IMG/VR virus record: IMGVR_UViG_3300020160_000566
Reading direction: 5' to 3' (one strand)
DNA: 64,000 nt
Source: an uncultured virus (IMG/VR IMGVR_UViG_3300020160_000566)
Taxonomy: Duplodnaviria; Heunggongvirae; Uroviricota; Caudoviricetes; Crassvirales
Under the pieces are notes generated by a model, which worked only from the letters and a program-made list of their open reading frames with translations, made no database searches and was not told the DNA's origin. The number at the start of each line of letters is the position of its first letter. Within the stretch, counting starts at the first letter, position 1. This document shows positions 1 to 8,633 of the stretch, piece after piece. Position numbers and translations under genes: made by a program.

Positions 1-1
1 C

Positions 2-343
2 ACAATATTCAATGCGGACACCATGCTATGGACTGAGGAGAGTGCAATGATCTGTTTGAACCGAGCCAATGAGGTCATCGGCTATTTCAAAGTGAGCAGT
101 GGTGGCACGGCATCAACAATTATGGATGCAAAGGTCATCTTCACACAGGCCTTGCAGTCGGGCGCGCACTCAATCATATTGGCGCACAATCACCCGAGTG
201 GCAACCGAACGCCGAGTGAAAATGACATCAAGTTGACCAAGCAATTGGTGAAGGGTGCGCAGTTACTTGACATGAGAGTACTTGACCACATTATACTAAC
301 TGAGACAAGCCACACGAGTATGGCTGATGAAAATTATATCTAA
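2..343 (+). CDS. radC: RadC/JAB (MPN) domain protein, probably 5'-truncated by the window edge
   Basis: JAB motif HNHPSG-x3-PS-x2-D plus LDHIIL; the frame is open from position 2 (TIFNADT-M...). Confidence 0.85.
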   Translation, partial: TIFNADTMLWTEESAMICLNRANEVIGYFKVSSGGTASTIMDAKVIFTQALQSGAHSIILAHNHPSGNRTPSENDIKLTKQLVKGAQLLDMRVLDHIILTETSHTSMADENYI

Positions 344-355
344 AAACAAAACAAC

Positions 356-664
356 ATGAGAAAAATAACAAGTGAGGCTGTGTATGCATTTGAGAATGCA
401 CGCAGATTTAAGAAAGGCAACATGAGCGTTGAGGTAATGCCGAACGTGACTGTGATGAAGTTGTATGGCAATGCAATTGCATACCTGTACAATGACCCTG
501 AGCGCACGCTCTCAATCACTAGTGCGGGTTGGTTCACAAACACAACCAAAGAGCGCTTAAATGGGCTCAAAGGTGTACGCATCACGCAACACAAATGGGA
601 TTGGTATCTCAATGGTGAGGTATGGGATGGTAAATTAATTGACGTGAAGAATGAAAACATTTAA
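356..664 (+). CDS. conserved hypothetical early phage protein
   Basis: A-rich leader aaaacaaaacaacATG; 102-aa ORF in the operon. Confidence 0.75.
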   Translation: MRKITSEAVYAFENARRFKKGNMSVEVMPNVTVMKLYGNAIAYLYNDPERTLSITSAGWFTNTTKERLNGLKGVRITQHKWDWYLNGEVWDGKLIDVKNENI

Positions 665-863
665 GATTGGAGAGTCATGCATGGGTGGTATCATCAAGGC
701 AGACAACAAAAAGAATCATATGCATATCCAAGTGCTTGATTGGAACACGAAAGAAGTCCTACGTGATTGGAAATGCACAGACCAAATGGAAGCATACGAG
801 TACCTCAGTGAGGTAACTACTCACTACTATGCGGACAAAGTATTAAACTATTTAATTAAATAA
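651..863 (+). CDS. hypothetical protein
   Basis: 70-aa ORF overlapping the previous gene, same strand. Confidence 0.65.
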   Translation: MKTFKIGESCMGGIIKADNKKNHMHIQVLDWNTKEVLRDWKCTDQMEAYEYLSEVTTHYYADKVLNYLIK

Positions 864-865
864 TC

Positions 866-1225
866 ATGGGAAGATATTATAGCGGAGACATCAACGGAAA
901 GTTTTGGTTCGGTGTCCAATCAAGTGATGCGGCCGATAGGTTTGGAGTAACAGGGCAAGAGCCTAATTACTTAGAGTACTCCTTTGACAAGAGTGACAAG
1001 CAAAGCGTTGAGGATGAGCTTAAGGAAATCAAAGAAAAGTTAGGTGACCAATTACAAAAGATGGACGAGTTCTTTGATACCAATTATGGATACAATACTG
1101 AGATGCTCAAAGATGCGGGCATCAATGAGGATTTATTAGAGGACTACGCGGACTATCAATTAGGCAAAGAAATACTTGAGTGCTTAAATGAACAAGGATA
1201 TTGTGAGTTCACAGCTGAATTATAA
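866..1225 (+). CDS. hypothetical acidic phage protein (MGRYYSGDINGKFWFGVQSS...)
   Basis: tightly packed 119-aa ORF. Confidence 0.75.
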   Translation: MGRYYSGDINGKFWFGVQSSDAADRFGVTGQEPNYLEYSFDKSDKQSVEDELKEIKEKLGDQLQKMDEFFDTNYGYNTEMLKDAGINEDLLEDYADYQLGKEILECLNEQGYCEFTAEL

Positions 1226-1277
1226 TTAGGTTGGAGGGGTGCGTCTCCGTTAACGCACACTTTTTAAAACAAACAAA

Positions 1278-1646
1278 ATGGAACATTTAAAATTGGCTAT
1301 TGCCACAATTGAAACGCAACTTGACGAGCTACGCAATGAGCTCAAGCAGTTGGAAGAACAACCAAAACCACAGGTGGAGACGCCATGGTATGACTTCACT
1401 GATGAGCAGAAAGCACAGTTAGGTGAGATTGTCAACCATTTCATTGATAGCTTGACACGTAACATGAGAAGCGTAGATGTAGACCTAAGTGAAGGTGGTG
1501 TCAATGTCAATATAACATTAGACCTTCAAGACCTTATTGAGGATGCATTGCCATATGGTATGAGTGATAAATTTATAAACTACTTGAACGATGAAATTAC
1601 TGAGCAACGGGAAGACCAACGCAAAGATTGCGAAGAATCCAATTAA
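1278..1646 (+). CDS. hypothetical protein with N-terminal coiled coil
   Basis: A-rich leader; heptad pattern. Confidence 0.65.
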   Translation: MEHLKLAIATIETQLDELRNELKQLEEQPKPQVETPWYDFTDEQKAQLGEIVNHFIDSLTRNMRSVDVDLSEGGVNVNITLDLQDLIEDALPYGMSDKFINYLNDEITEQREDQRKDCEESN

Positions 1647-2262
1647 TTCCTACATCATGCACCTATCTCCTCACAAGGAAAATAGTCATGGCAAGAATGT
1701 ATGTGGACACGCGAGTAATGGGTGCGCTTCGGCCTGCTTAAATACAGCGGGTCGTGGTGCATTCTCAAATGTACGCAATGCAAGGATAAAGAAAACTGAC
1801 TACTTATTTGACGACATGAATAGCTTCCTAGCTACGTTATCAGGTGAGCTACGCAAGGCCAACAAGAAACCAAGTGCTGTGCGTCTGAATGGCACGAGTG
1901 ACCTTGACTTCATATCTTTACTCCAAGTAAAACTTGGAGTAGATGTCCTCGCTGAGATGCCGAACCTTAAGTTCTATGACTATACCAAGAACCTTAAGCG
2001 AGCGCTCAAGTATCTAGGCACTGACTACCATCTGACGTTCTCACGATCGGAGACCAATGATGCTGAGTGCTTAGAGTATTTGCGTGCAGGCGGGCAGGTA
2101 GCCGTGGTCTTTGACAAGTTGCCTGAGACATGGCACGGGTTCAATGTCATTGACGGCGATGATGATGACCTGAGGTACTTGGACATGGGCGGTGTCGTCA
2201 TTGGACTCAAGGCTAAGGGCAAGGCTAAGAAGGACACGAGTGGGTTTGTGGTACGAACATGA
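1591..2262 (+). CDS. GP88-like protein with Cys cluster (possible Fe-S / radical-SAM-like fold)
   Basis: CGHASNGCASACL, VRLNGTSD, FYDYTK, GDDDDLRY motifs typical of phage gene-88-like proteins. Confidence 0.7.
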   Translation: MKLLSNGKTNAKIAKNPINSYIMHLSPHKENSHGKNVCGHASNGCASACLNTAGRGAFSNVRNARIKKTDYLFDDMNSFLATLSGELRKANKKPSAVRLNGTSDLDFISLLQVKLGVDVLAEMPNLKFYDYTKNLKRALKYLGTDYHLTFSRSETNDAECLEYLRAGGQVAVVFDKLPETWHGFNVIDGDDDDLRYLDMGGVVIGLKAKGKAKKDTSGFVVRT

Positions 2263-2438
2263 GACTATATAAGATAAGATGGTACGTCAACGGGGTGTTG
2301 ACCGAGACCAAGGAGGAGGCCTATTGGGCTGACTCTGAATTGAAGGATAGATACGACGGGCTCATCAATGGCATCAGTGACATTGTGGGCTACGAGTATG
2401 AGTTTATTAAACAAATTAAATTACCTAATCTATTATGA
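2259..2438 (+). CDS. small hypothetical protein (59 aa, not in ORF track)
   Basis: Hand translation MRLYKIRWYVNGV...PNLL; ATGA overlaps with both neighbours. Confidence 0.65.
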   Translation: MRLYKIRWYVNGVLTETKEEAYWADSELKDRYDGLINGISDIVGYEYEFIKQIKLPNLL

Positions 2439-2626
2439 TACGAGTATTTTTTGAGAGGGGTGGCTACGCTGAGTTAGCTGCTGTATTTATTGACGAGCGA
2501 ATGTACAATGACTGTGTGCCTGCACTTGAGCGCATGGCTAAGGACATGGGCTTCGATAAGGTAACTGAGAGCATTGAGCATTCAATTGCAACTGACAAAT
2601 TAATCAAACAAATTGAGCAACTATGA
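2435..2626 (+). CDS. hypothetical protein
   Basis: ATGA-coupled ORF. Confidence 0.65.
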   Translation: MIRVFFERGGYAELAAVFIDERMYNDCVPALERMAKDMGFDKVTESIEHSIATDKLIKQIEQL

Positions 2627-2901
2627 CAAAGTACGCAAGACGATGTGATGCCACCGGCCGTGGCATGAACGAAGGGTATGTAGTAGGTGATGGCGAGCTA
2701 TACTTCGTTGAAGTAACAGACCTATTGATTCACCTCAGGACACTTGATTGGGTAGATGCTGACGGCAAACGGTCACTTGACATTGATGATGATGACGAGT
2801 TGCTTCTCTTCTTCTATAGAGAAGAGTACTACTACCACACTGAGTGGGATGAGTTAGACGACGTATACTATGACGCTGAAGGTCATGAATATGAATCCTA
2901 G
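2623..2901 (+). CDS. acidic hypothetical protein
   Basis: ATGA-coupled; D/E/Y-rich. Confidence 0.7.
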   Translation: MTKYARRCDATGRGMNEGYVVGDGELYFVEVTDLLIHLRTLDWVDADGKRSLDIDDDDELLLFFYREEYYYHTEWDELDDVYYDAEGHEYES

Positions 2902-2904
2902 GCG

Positions 2905-3126
2905 ATGATAGTGAACACTAAAAAAATAGTATTAGGTAGCCTAATGCTTGGCTATGTAGCAATCATTGCCACGCTTGGCTACCACCACACACACCAACCT
3001 CAGATAGAGGCGGAGACATCCTATGATTACGTTCCATTGGATGAGAACTTCGAGAAGAATCAGAACGATATTATTAAATGGTATGCTAAAATAATTTACG
3101 AGAATGACCGAAAGACCAACCAATGA
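2905..3126 (+). CDS. small membrane-anchored protein
   Basis: N-terminal hydrophobic helix IVLGSLMLGYVAIIATLGY. Confidence 0.55.
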   Translation: MIVNTKKIVLGSLMLGYVAIIATLGYHHTHQPQIEAETSYDYVPLDENFEKNQNDIIKWYAKIIYENDRKTNQ

Positions 3127-3286
3127 CGAGCGAAAGCTCAAAGTACAGTCACTAATTGACCGAATGCTGTACCTTAATGATGCTGACTATCAGGAGTTTA
3201 TGAATAAATATGAGCGCCTTATAGATCAGTATGCACCCAACCAAGTTGAGGTTGATGGTGTGAAATATTTTCGAGCAACGTGTTGA
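3104..3286 (+). CDS. hypothetical protein
   Basis: 60-aa ORF in the operon. Confidence 0.55.
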   Translation: MTERPTNDERKLKVQSLIDRMLYLNDADYQEFMNKYERLIDQYAPNQVEVDGVKYFRATC

Positions 3287-3313
3287 TTATGTTGTTTGAA
3301 TGTTGTATATTTG
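3283..3313 (+). promoter_or_regulatory. Bacteroidota-type sigma70 promoter (-33 TTG, -7 TATATTTG)
   Basis: TATATTTG at 3306-3313 with TTG 20 nt upstream, ahead of the 3341 gene. Confidence 0.6.
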
Positions 3314-3340
3314 TTTTTTAAAATCTAATCTAATTTAATT

Positions 3341-3616
3341 ATGACAATGAGAGTTATCATCAAACATGATGAGGATGTTGTAGAACGTGCATACGGAATT
3401 GACTCCGATGCCTTCCCACAGAAGATGGGAAAACTAATCAAAAAATACCTTGACGGACCTGACGACAAGATGAGCTCCTTAGGTGAGTACATCCAAGATG
3501 AGTTAGACTACAATGAGATATTGTACTTGGCTCAGCAGGCTATTACCAACAAGCTAGACCAAATGCAAGCCGACATGGAGCACATGGAGAAGTTAGCTAA
3601 AAAGCTTGGGCTATGA
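3341..3616 (+). CDS. hypothetical protein
   Basis: 91-aa ORF after the promoter. Confidence 0.65.
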   Translation: MTMRVIIKHDEDVVERAYGIDSDAFPQKMGKLIKKYLDGPDDKMSSLGEYIQDELDYNEILYLAQQAITNKLDQMQADMEHMEKLAKKLGL

Positions 3617-4011
3617 CAATTGACTTGAAGCTTGATGTTTCTCGTGAGGTTCTCGAGAGCATCTTCATTACTGCAATGGAGGGTGGAAGTAACTATTGGT
3701 ACTACCTTGGAGACGAAGCAGTTAGAGCAATCAACAATGTATCTCCTCGTGCATCAGGCATGGCATTCAGTGAGCGCTTGTTCACTGCGGTGTATGACTA
3801 TGGTGTTGAGGTTCCCATCCATGACATTGAGGACATTGATGGTGAGCCAATTGGTGTCATCAACAAAGAGACCTTCAAGGAAAGATTGGAGCGCTGCGCT
3901 AACGAGGGTGGTATGTGGGCCTTGCAGCAGGAGATTGACGATCAGGGCGATGCTACTACAAGTGACGCTGTGTTTCAGTATTTAGCACTTAATGATTTAG
4001 TATATGGATAG
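3613..4011 (+). CDS. conserved hypothetical phage protein (AMEGGSNYW motif)
   Basis: ATGA-coupled; EGGSNYW...DAVFQ...VYG pattern. Confidence 0.7.
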   Translation: MTIDLKLDVSREVLESIFITAMEGGSNYWYYLGDEAVRAINNVSPRASGMAFSERLFTAVYDYGVEVPIHDIEDIDGEPIGVINKETFKERLERCANEGGMWALQQEIDDQGDATTSDAVFQYLALNDLVYG

Positions 4012-4207
4012 AGAGGTAAAGATTGAGGGAAAGTATCTGATTGATGCAAATACCTCTGAGACTGTTGGTCGTGTGATTGTACAAGATGGTGTGCAATATA
4101 CTGTGCCACTTGACTATAACCCTAAGTTCACTCAACGAGATGTGACTGTGGCCAAGACAATGGTGCACGAGGGATATTTGTACATCAGGCTAAACGATAT
4201 CATATGA
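4004..4207 (+). CDS. hypothetical protein
   Basis: overlapping ORF in the operon. Confidence 0.55.
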   Translation: MDREVKIEGKYLIDANTSETVGRVIVQDGVQYTVPLDYNPKFTQRDVTVAKTMVHEGYLYIRLNDII

Positions 4208-4413
4208 GAAAGTATTTTTTAATTCCCGTATTGTGCTCTACGTATGTTACAATGTCACTACTCACGGGTAGTGTGCTATTCAATATATTAAAAGGGTGCT
4301 CAGGTATATTTGACTACATCACTTATGGCTTTATATCATTCATATGGATAGGTCTTTTGCTTTTGGGTTGGATATTATTAATCAACTACATCAATGAAGA
4401 CAGAAATATTTAA
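4204..4413 (+). CDS. small two-TM membrane protein
   Basis: two hydrophobic segments. Confidence 0.55.
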   Translation: MRKYFLIPVLCSTYVTMSLLTGSVLFNILKGCSGIFDYITYGFISFIWIGLLLLGWILLINYINEDRNI

Positions 4414-4702
4414 CAAGTATGTTGACAGCATTTGCAAGCTGTTCGACATCGACAAAGAAGAATTGTTCAGCAAGAAGCGAACAGGAGTATTGGTTGATGC
4501 GCGTCAGTTGTTGTACTACATGTGTATTGATAGACGTATGCAAATTACGACTATTCAGAAGCTCATGCGAGACAATGGCTACGACACCAACCATTCAACG
4601 ATCATCACGGGTATCCGGTCCATGAGGGTTAAGATTCAAGAAGATCCGGACTATAGAGTAGTAATTTATAAACTAAAAGACAATGCAGAAATCAGTATTT
4701 GA
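4394..4702 (+). CDS. stand-alone DnaA C-terminal (domain IV)-like HTH protein
   Basis: SKKRTGVLVDARQLLYYMC...NHSTIITG resembles DnaA S-x-x-R...ARQIAMYL...DHTTV. Confidence 0.7.
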   Translation: MKTEIFNKYVDSICKLFDIDKEELFSKKRTGVLVDARQLLYYMCIDRRMQITTIQKLMRDNGYDTNHSTIITGIRSMRVKIQEDPDYRVVIYKLKDNAEISI

Positions 4703-5339
4703 GTCGCTCAATGCGATTAACGTCAACGACAAAGTTGAGAAGAAGAGTAACCTCACCTACCTATCATGGGCATGGGCATGGGCTGAGGTCAAGAAGGTAT
4801 ACCCTAGTGCTACATACAATGTGATAGGTGACCCCAACAACAACAAGCCATACTTCTTTGATGAGAACCTTGGGTATATGGTGATGACATCAGTTACCAT
4901 TGAAGGTCAAACACTTGAGATGTGGCTACCGGTTATGGATGGTGCTAATCAGGCGATGAAGAAAGAAAGCTATGAGTACACTACACGCTATGGTGTGAAG
5001 AGTGTTGATGCTGCTACGATGTTCGACATCAACAAGACACTCATGCGCTGCTTGGTTAAGAACCTTGCGATGTTCGGCCTTGGTCTTTACATCTATGCCG
5101 GTGAGGACTTACCTGAGGATAATGAGCCTAAGACTGTCGCTAAGCCTGCGGCTAAGAAGGCTGCTGCTCCTACTGCTGAGCTACCATGGTTGAAGTTCGG
5201 TGATGACAATTGGACTAAGATTGCTGCTTACATTGATGCCAACAAGACACTTGGCTACGACAAGATTGTGGCTCAGGTCAAGCGCAAGTATCAGCTAAGC
5301 AACAAGGAGTTGAATGCTATTAAAACATTAGTAGCATGA
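4683..5339 (+). CDS. Sak/Rad52-like ssDNA annealing protein (DUF1071-like)
   Basis: LTYLSWAWAW, MWLPVMD, RCLVKNLAMFGLGLYIYAGEDLP. Confidence 0.85.
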   Translation: MQKSVFESLNAINVNDKVEKKSNLTYLSWAWAWAEVKKVYPSATYNVIGDPNNNKPYFFDENLGYMVMTSVTIEGQTLEMWLPVMDGANQAMKKESYEYTTRYGVKSVDAATMFDINKTLMRCLVKNLAMFGLGLYIYAGEDLPEDNEPKTVAKPAAKKAAAPTAELPWLKFGDDNWTKIAAYIDANKTLGYDKIVAQVKRKYQLSNKELNAIKTLVA

Positions 5340-6070
5340 GTGCAGACATCTTAGAGTTACTCAAAGACGACAACAACTACTATGGCCCAATGGGCAAGGC
5401 TTACCTCAGCAACTCTGACATCGGAGCATTGTTGGGTAACCCTAAAGACTTTGGTAAGAGTCGCCCCGACAACAAGTCATTTGCTGAGGGGCGCTACTTC
5501 CATCAGTTGCTCACTGAGCCTGACAAGGCTAAGGTTGCTCATATGGTTGAGGCAAGTACGCGCACCACAAAGATCTATAAGGACTATTGTGATGCCAATG
5601 GTCTTGACTTCGCGCTACTTAAGAGTGAGGTTGAGACGGTTGAGGCGCTAGCATCTACCATGAAGGCCAACATTGATTTCTATGATGCTATCTACAAAGA
5701 CGGTAATCAGTATGAGGTACCGGCTATCACTAATATCTTTGGTGTTGAGTGGAAGGGTAAGACAGACATCCTATGTGATGACATGTTGATTGACTTGAAG
5801 ACCACCTCAGACATCAAGAAGTTCAGGTACTCAGCCTATGCTTACAACTACGACAGTCAAGCGTACATCTATCAGATGCTGTTCGGTAAGCCATTAGTGT
5901 TCTATGTGATTGACAAGATTACATCTCAACTTGGTATCTTTACACCAAGCGCAGCATTCATTGAGAGTGGTGAGCGCAAGGTCAAGGCAGCTGTTGAGGT
6001 GTTCAATCGCTTCTTTGCACCTGATGCGTGGGACGATATCAGTAATCATTATATCAATGACACACTATAA
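5336..6070 (+). CDS. Exonuclease VIII-like PD-(D/E)XK nuclease (DUF3799-like)
   Basis: LSNSD, GRYFH, KGKTD...IDLKTT, YDSQAYIY; adjacent to the annealase. Confidence 0.8.
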   Translation: MSADILELLKDDNNYYGPMGKAYLSNSDIGALLGNPKDFGKSRPDNKSFAEGRYFHQLLTEPDKAKVAHMVEASTRTTKIYKDYCDANGLDFALLKSEVETVEALASTMKANIDFYDAIYKDGNQYEVPAITNIFGVEWKGKTDILCDDMLIDLKTTSDIKKFRYSAYAYNYDSQAYIYQMLFGKPLVFYVIDKITSQLGIFTPSAAFIESGERKVKAAVEVFNRFFAPDAWDDISNHYINDTL

Positions 6071-6156
6071 GAAAGGGTCAGCTATCCCCGGGATTATATT
6101 TTTGATAGCAGTTAATTTATTTACAATTTTTTATTTAATAACTAAAACAAAGTAAA

Positions 6157-6477
6157 ATGTCAGAAAAAAGAGAGAGAGTATTCGCAGATGGATTCTCATT
6201 TAGAAAACCAACAGGTGATGCACCTGAGTATGTTGTAGGTCGTTTGAGCCTTAAGGTTGATGATGCTATGGCGTTCGTCAATGCCAACAAGAATGCTAAT
6301 GGTTGGATCAACCTATCAATCATGATCGGACGATCAGGCAACCCATACGTTGAGCTTGACACCTATGAGCCTAAGAAGGACGATGGTCAGCCTACTGAGG
6401 TGAAGCCTAAGGCAAAGACTGCACCAAAGCCTGAGCCTGAGGTGGAAGAAGATGAGGACGGGGACCTGCCCTTCTGA
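6157..6477 (+). CDS. putative single-stranded DNA-binding protein
   Basis: acidic C-terminal tail ending DLPF; located in the recombination module. Confidence 0.6.
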   Translation: MSEKRERVFADGFSFRKPTGDAPEYVVGRLSLKVDDAMAFVNANKNANGWINLSIMIGRSGNPYVELDTYEPKKDDGQPTEVKPKAKTAPKPEPEVEEDEDGDLPF

Positions 6478-6483
6478 TAAGCC

Positions 6484-6717
6484 ATGAAGTTTGCTAAATA
6501 TCTACTAATATGGGTCAGCCAAAACTTGGCTGTCCCATTTTGGACCATCGGTCACATACACCTGATGACCACGGTCTATGCCGACCTCACTGAGATTATA
6601 AGCTCAGTTGGTATGAACATTATTGTGGTTGCGGGTATCATTGTTGACTACCGGGACAAGAAGAGAGATGATAGTGACAAGAGAGAACATGACGACATCC
6701 CAATCTGCTTCATTTAA
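6484..6717 (+). CDS. small membrane protein
   Basis: hydrophobic segments. Confidence 0.5.
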   Translation: MKFAKYLLIWVSQNLAVPFWTIGHIHLMTTVYADLTEIISSVGMNIIVVAGIIVDYRDKKRDDSDKREHDDIPICFI

Positions 6718-6764
6718 AGCACTAGCAGTGATGTTATTGAGTAAGTAACTCGATTGAACTGCAC

Positions 6765-6793
6765 CCCCGGTGATACTGTTGCCGGGGTTATTT
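6765..6793 (+). terminator. intrinsic terminator-like hairpin
   Basis: ccccgg-11nt-ccgggg followed by ttattt. Confidence 0.5.
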
Positions 6794-7071
6794 ACTTAAG
6801 CACCGCTAAAAACGCTTAATATAAGAAACATTTGGTGAAATATAGATAATATTAATGTCCAGTAAAACGGACAAAAAACTGGACATATATACCCTTTTAT
6901 GTATAAAAAACCAACAATCTATACATTAGCACCCTATCGGGTATAAGTTTATAGCTTGAGAAACACGGAGCAAAATACACCAAAAAGTGGTACAAATTGC
7001 TTTACAAAACTAAAAAGGATATGTGGTAAAAATTACCCCATATGATGAACTAACCTTTAAATCAGAATAAG

Positions 7072-7284
7072 ATGATGTACAAATTATTTTTGTTTTTTAG
7101 AAAGTACATTTATTGTAATCACAGTTTCTCTTATGTCCATTCAACGCATTGTTTTAAATGTGGAAATAAAGTGAGATTGACACAAGATGAGTATTGGGAA
7201 AAACAAAATAAAAAACTGAAAAGAGAAAACGAAAGATTTGCAAATTATTTGAAATCAAAACACGAACTAAATAAATCAGAATAA
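7072..7284 (+). CDS. small hypothetical protein with CxH/CxxC (possible Zn finger)
   Basis: CNHSF...HCFKCG. Confidence 0.6.
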   Translation: MMYKLFLFFRKYIYCNHSFSYVHSTHCFKCGNKVRLTQDEYWEKQNKKLKRENERFANYLKSKHELNKSE

Positions 7285-7285
7285 G

Positions 7286-7486
7286 ATGACAGCAGTAGAA
7301 AAAGCACAAGAGTTATATGAAAAAATGCTCAGAGTTGAATATCCTTTGGCAGCTAAAACATGTGCATTAATTGCAGTTGATGAGGTAATCAATTGCTGTG
7401 AGGAATATGACAAGTTACCTGAGACATGGGTAACTCAAATCAATTATTGGCAAGAAGTAAAAAATGAACTAAATAAATTAGAATAA
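7286..7486 (+). CDS. hypothetical phage protein (CALIAVDE...YWQEVK type)
   Basis: motif pattern recognised from small flavobacterial phage proteins. Confidence 0.7.
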   Translation: MTAVEKAQELYEKMLRVEYPLAAKTCALIAVDEVINCCEEYDKLPETWVTQINYWQEVKNELNKLE

Positions 7487-7487
7487 G

Positions 7488-7727
7488 ATGAACGAGATAC
7501 AGATATTCATCAACCGGCTAAAGAAGATTGGCATCGAGTTGGAGCTTGAGGGAAACGTCCCTTGGGTATACCTTAAGAGTGTCAATGGTAATCGTGTAAG
7601 AGAAATAGACTACAACGCTAACCACGGCTACACCATCGCTTGGTATCCTGTCAGACTTGGAAACGAGCCACACCTTGACGAGGACATTAAGAGAACTTTT
7701 GACATCATTAGAAAGTATAGGGGGTAA
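7488..7727 (+). CDS. hypothetical protein
   Basis: 79-aa ORF; its stop lies inside the right inverted repeat. Confidence 0.7.
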   Translation: MNEIQIFINRLKKIGIELELEGNVPWVYLKSVNGNRVREIDYNANHGYTIAWYPVRLGNEPHLDEDIKRTFDIIRKYRG

Positions 7728-7776
7728 TTTTTACCACATATCCTATACATAAACGTAAATAAACCGATTAAGTACT

Positions 7777-8043
7777 ATGAAAGAAACAAAACAAGATAAG
7801 ATAGTAGCAGAGCTCATCAATGAAATGTTCCGCATAGCAGGTCTCGATGTGACGTATGACGACATCAAGGAACGTAAGGATGCGTGGTACACCGATTGGA
7901 CGATGACCGTGGCACAGCACGAGCAGTGGATGGAGTGGGGAGCTGCATACCTACGCAAAGAGCTTAGGACAAGAAAAGAAGCATCCAAGAAACAGATGTC
8001 TTGGTTTGCACTTAATTATGGACTAAAATTTAGTGACTTATGA
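7777..8043 (+). CDS. hypothetical protein
   Basis: 88-aa ORF. Confidence 0.7.
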   Translation: MKETKQDKIVAELINEMFRIAGLDVTYDDIKERKDAWYTDWTMTVAQHEQWMEWGAAYLRKELRTRKEASKKQMSWFALNYGLKFSDL

Positions 8044-8303
8044 ACATAACACATGACTACGACTCAGATAGAATTGAAGACCCAATCGTTCTAGCTGTAA
8101 TGACTAAGTTCTACGAAAGAAGTAGAGCAGGAATTAAGAAGTATAACAAAACGCTCATGAGAGACGATTTAAGTACCCTAGAATGGATTAATGAGGCTCA
8201 AGCTGAAGCAATGGACCTCTGCTTGTATTTGGAGCGCTTAAAACACAAAATTCAGGGAAAGCTTTTAACTGACCTAATGAACATGGATCAACATGAAGAT
8301 TAA
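8040..8303 (+). CDS. MazG-like / all-alpha NTP pyrophosphatase-like small protein
   Basis: GIKKY...LEWINEAQAEAMDLCLYL resembles the ExxE-x2-D metal motif. Confidence 0.5.
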   Translation: MNITHDYDSDRIEDPIVLAVMTKFYERSRAGIKKYNKTLMRDDLSTLEWINEAQAEAMDLCLYLERLKHKIQGKLLTDLMNMDQHED

Positions 8304-8454
8304 GCAAAACATTTTAAACCATATGAAAGAGCTATCAACTGAGATAAATCTAATAAACCAAGACATAAAAAAGCTTAGGGCTAAGAGAGATAGTCTCAAA
8401 AGAAAAATAAAACTAATGCTAACCATTAAATCAAACATAGATGAAACTGAATAG
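8293..8454 (+). CDS. small coiled-coil protein (53 aa, not in ORF track)
   Basis: MKIKQNILNHMKELSTEIN...IDETE. Confidence 0.5.
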   Translation: MKIKQNILNHMKELSTEINLINQDIKKLRAKRDSLKRKIKLMLTIKSNIDETE

Positions 8455-8560
8455 ACAAGACCGCAGAGAAGAAATGGCAGCGTATGGAACAATGTTTTTA
8501 TTGGCAGTTGTATCTATCGTTTGTATCATCGTACTCATAACAACATTGATGTATGGATAG
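8441..8560 (+). CDS. small single-TM peptide (39 aa)
   Basis: MKLNRQDRREEMAAYGTMFLLAVVSIVCIIVLITTLMYG. Confidence 0.5.
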   Translation: MKLNRQDRREEMAAYGTMFLLAVVSIVCIIVLITTLMYG

Positions 8561-8570
8561 AAGATATGAA

Positions 8571-8633
8571 ATGATACTGTACTTCCTATCAGGAATAACA
8601 GTTGGATATATAATGTTTAATGTATTGCTATGA
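8571..8633 (+). CDS. putative 20-aa hydrophobic micropeptide
   Basis: MILYFLSGITVGYIMFNVLL; its stop overlaps the next ATG. Confidence 0.35.
   Translation: MILYFLSGITVGYIMFNVLL

Larger units (their letters stand above)
7047..7490 (+). repeat. three direct junction repeats gaactaa(a/cctt)taaat(c/t)agaataagATG at 7047-7074, 7264-7288, 7466-7490
   Basis: each copy ends in the ATG of a gene; copies 2 and 3 also contain the stop of the preceding gene. Confidence 0.9.
7016..7744. repeat. perfect 24-bp inverted repeat pair (7016-7039 / 7721-7744) enclosing three small genes
   Basis: aggatatgtggtaaaaattacccc and its exact reverse complement ggggtaatttttaccacatatcct. Confidence 0.95.
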
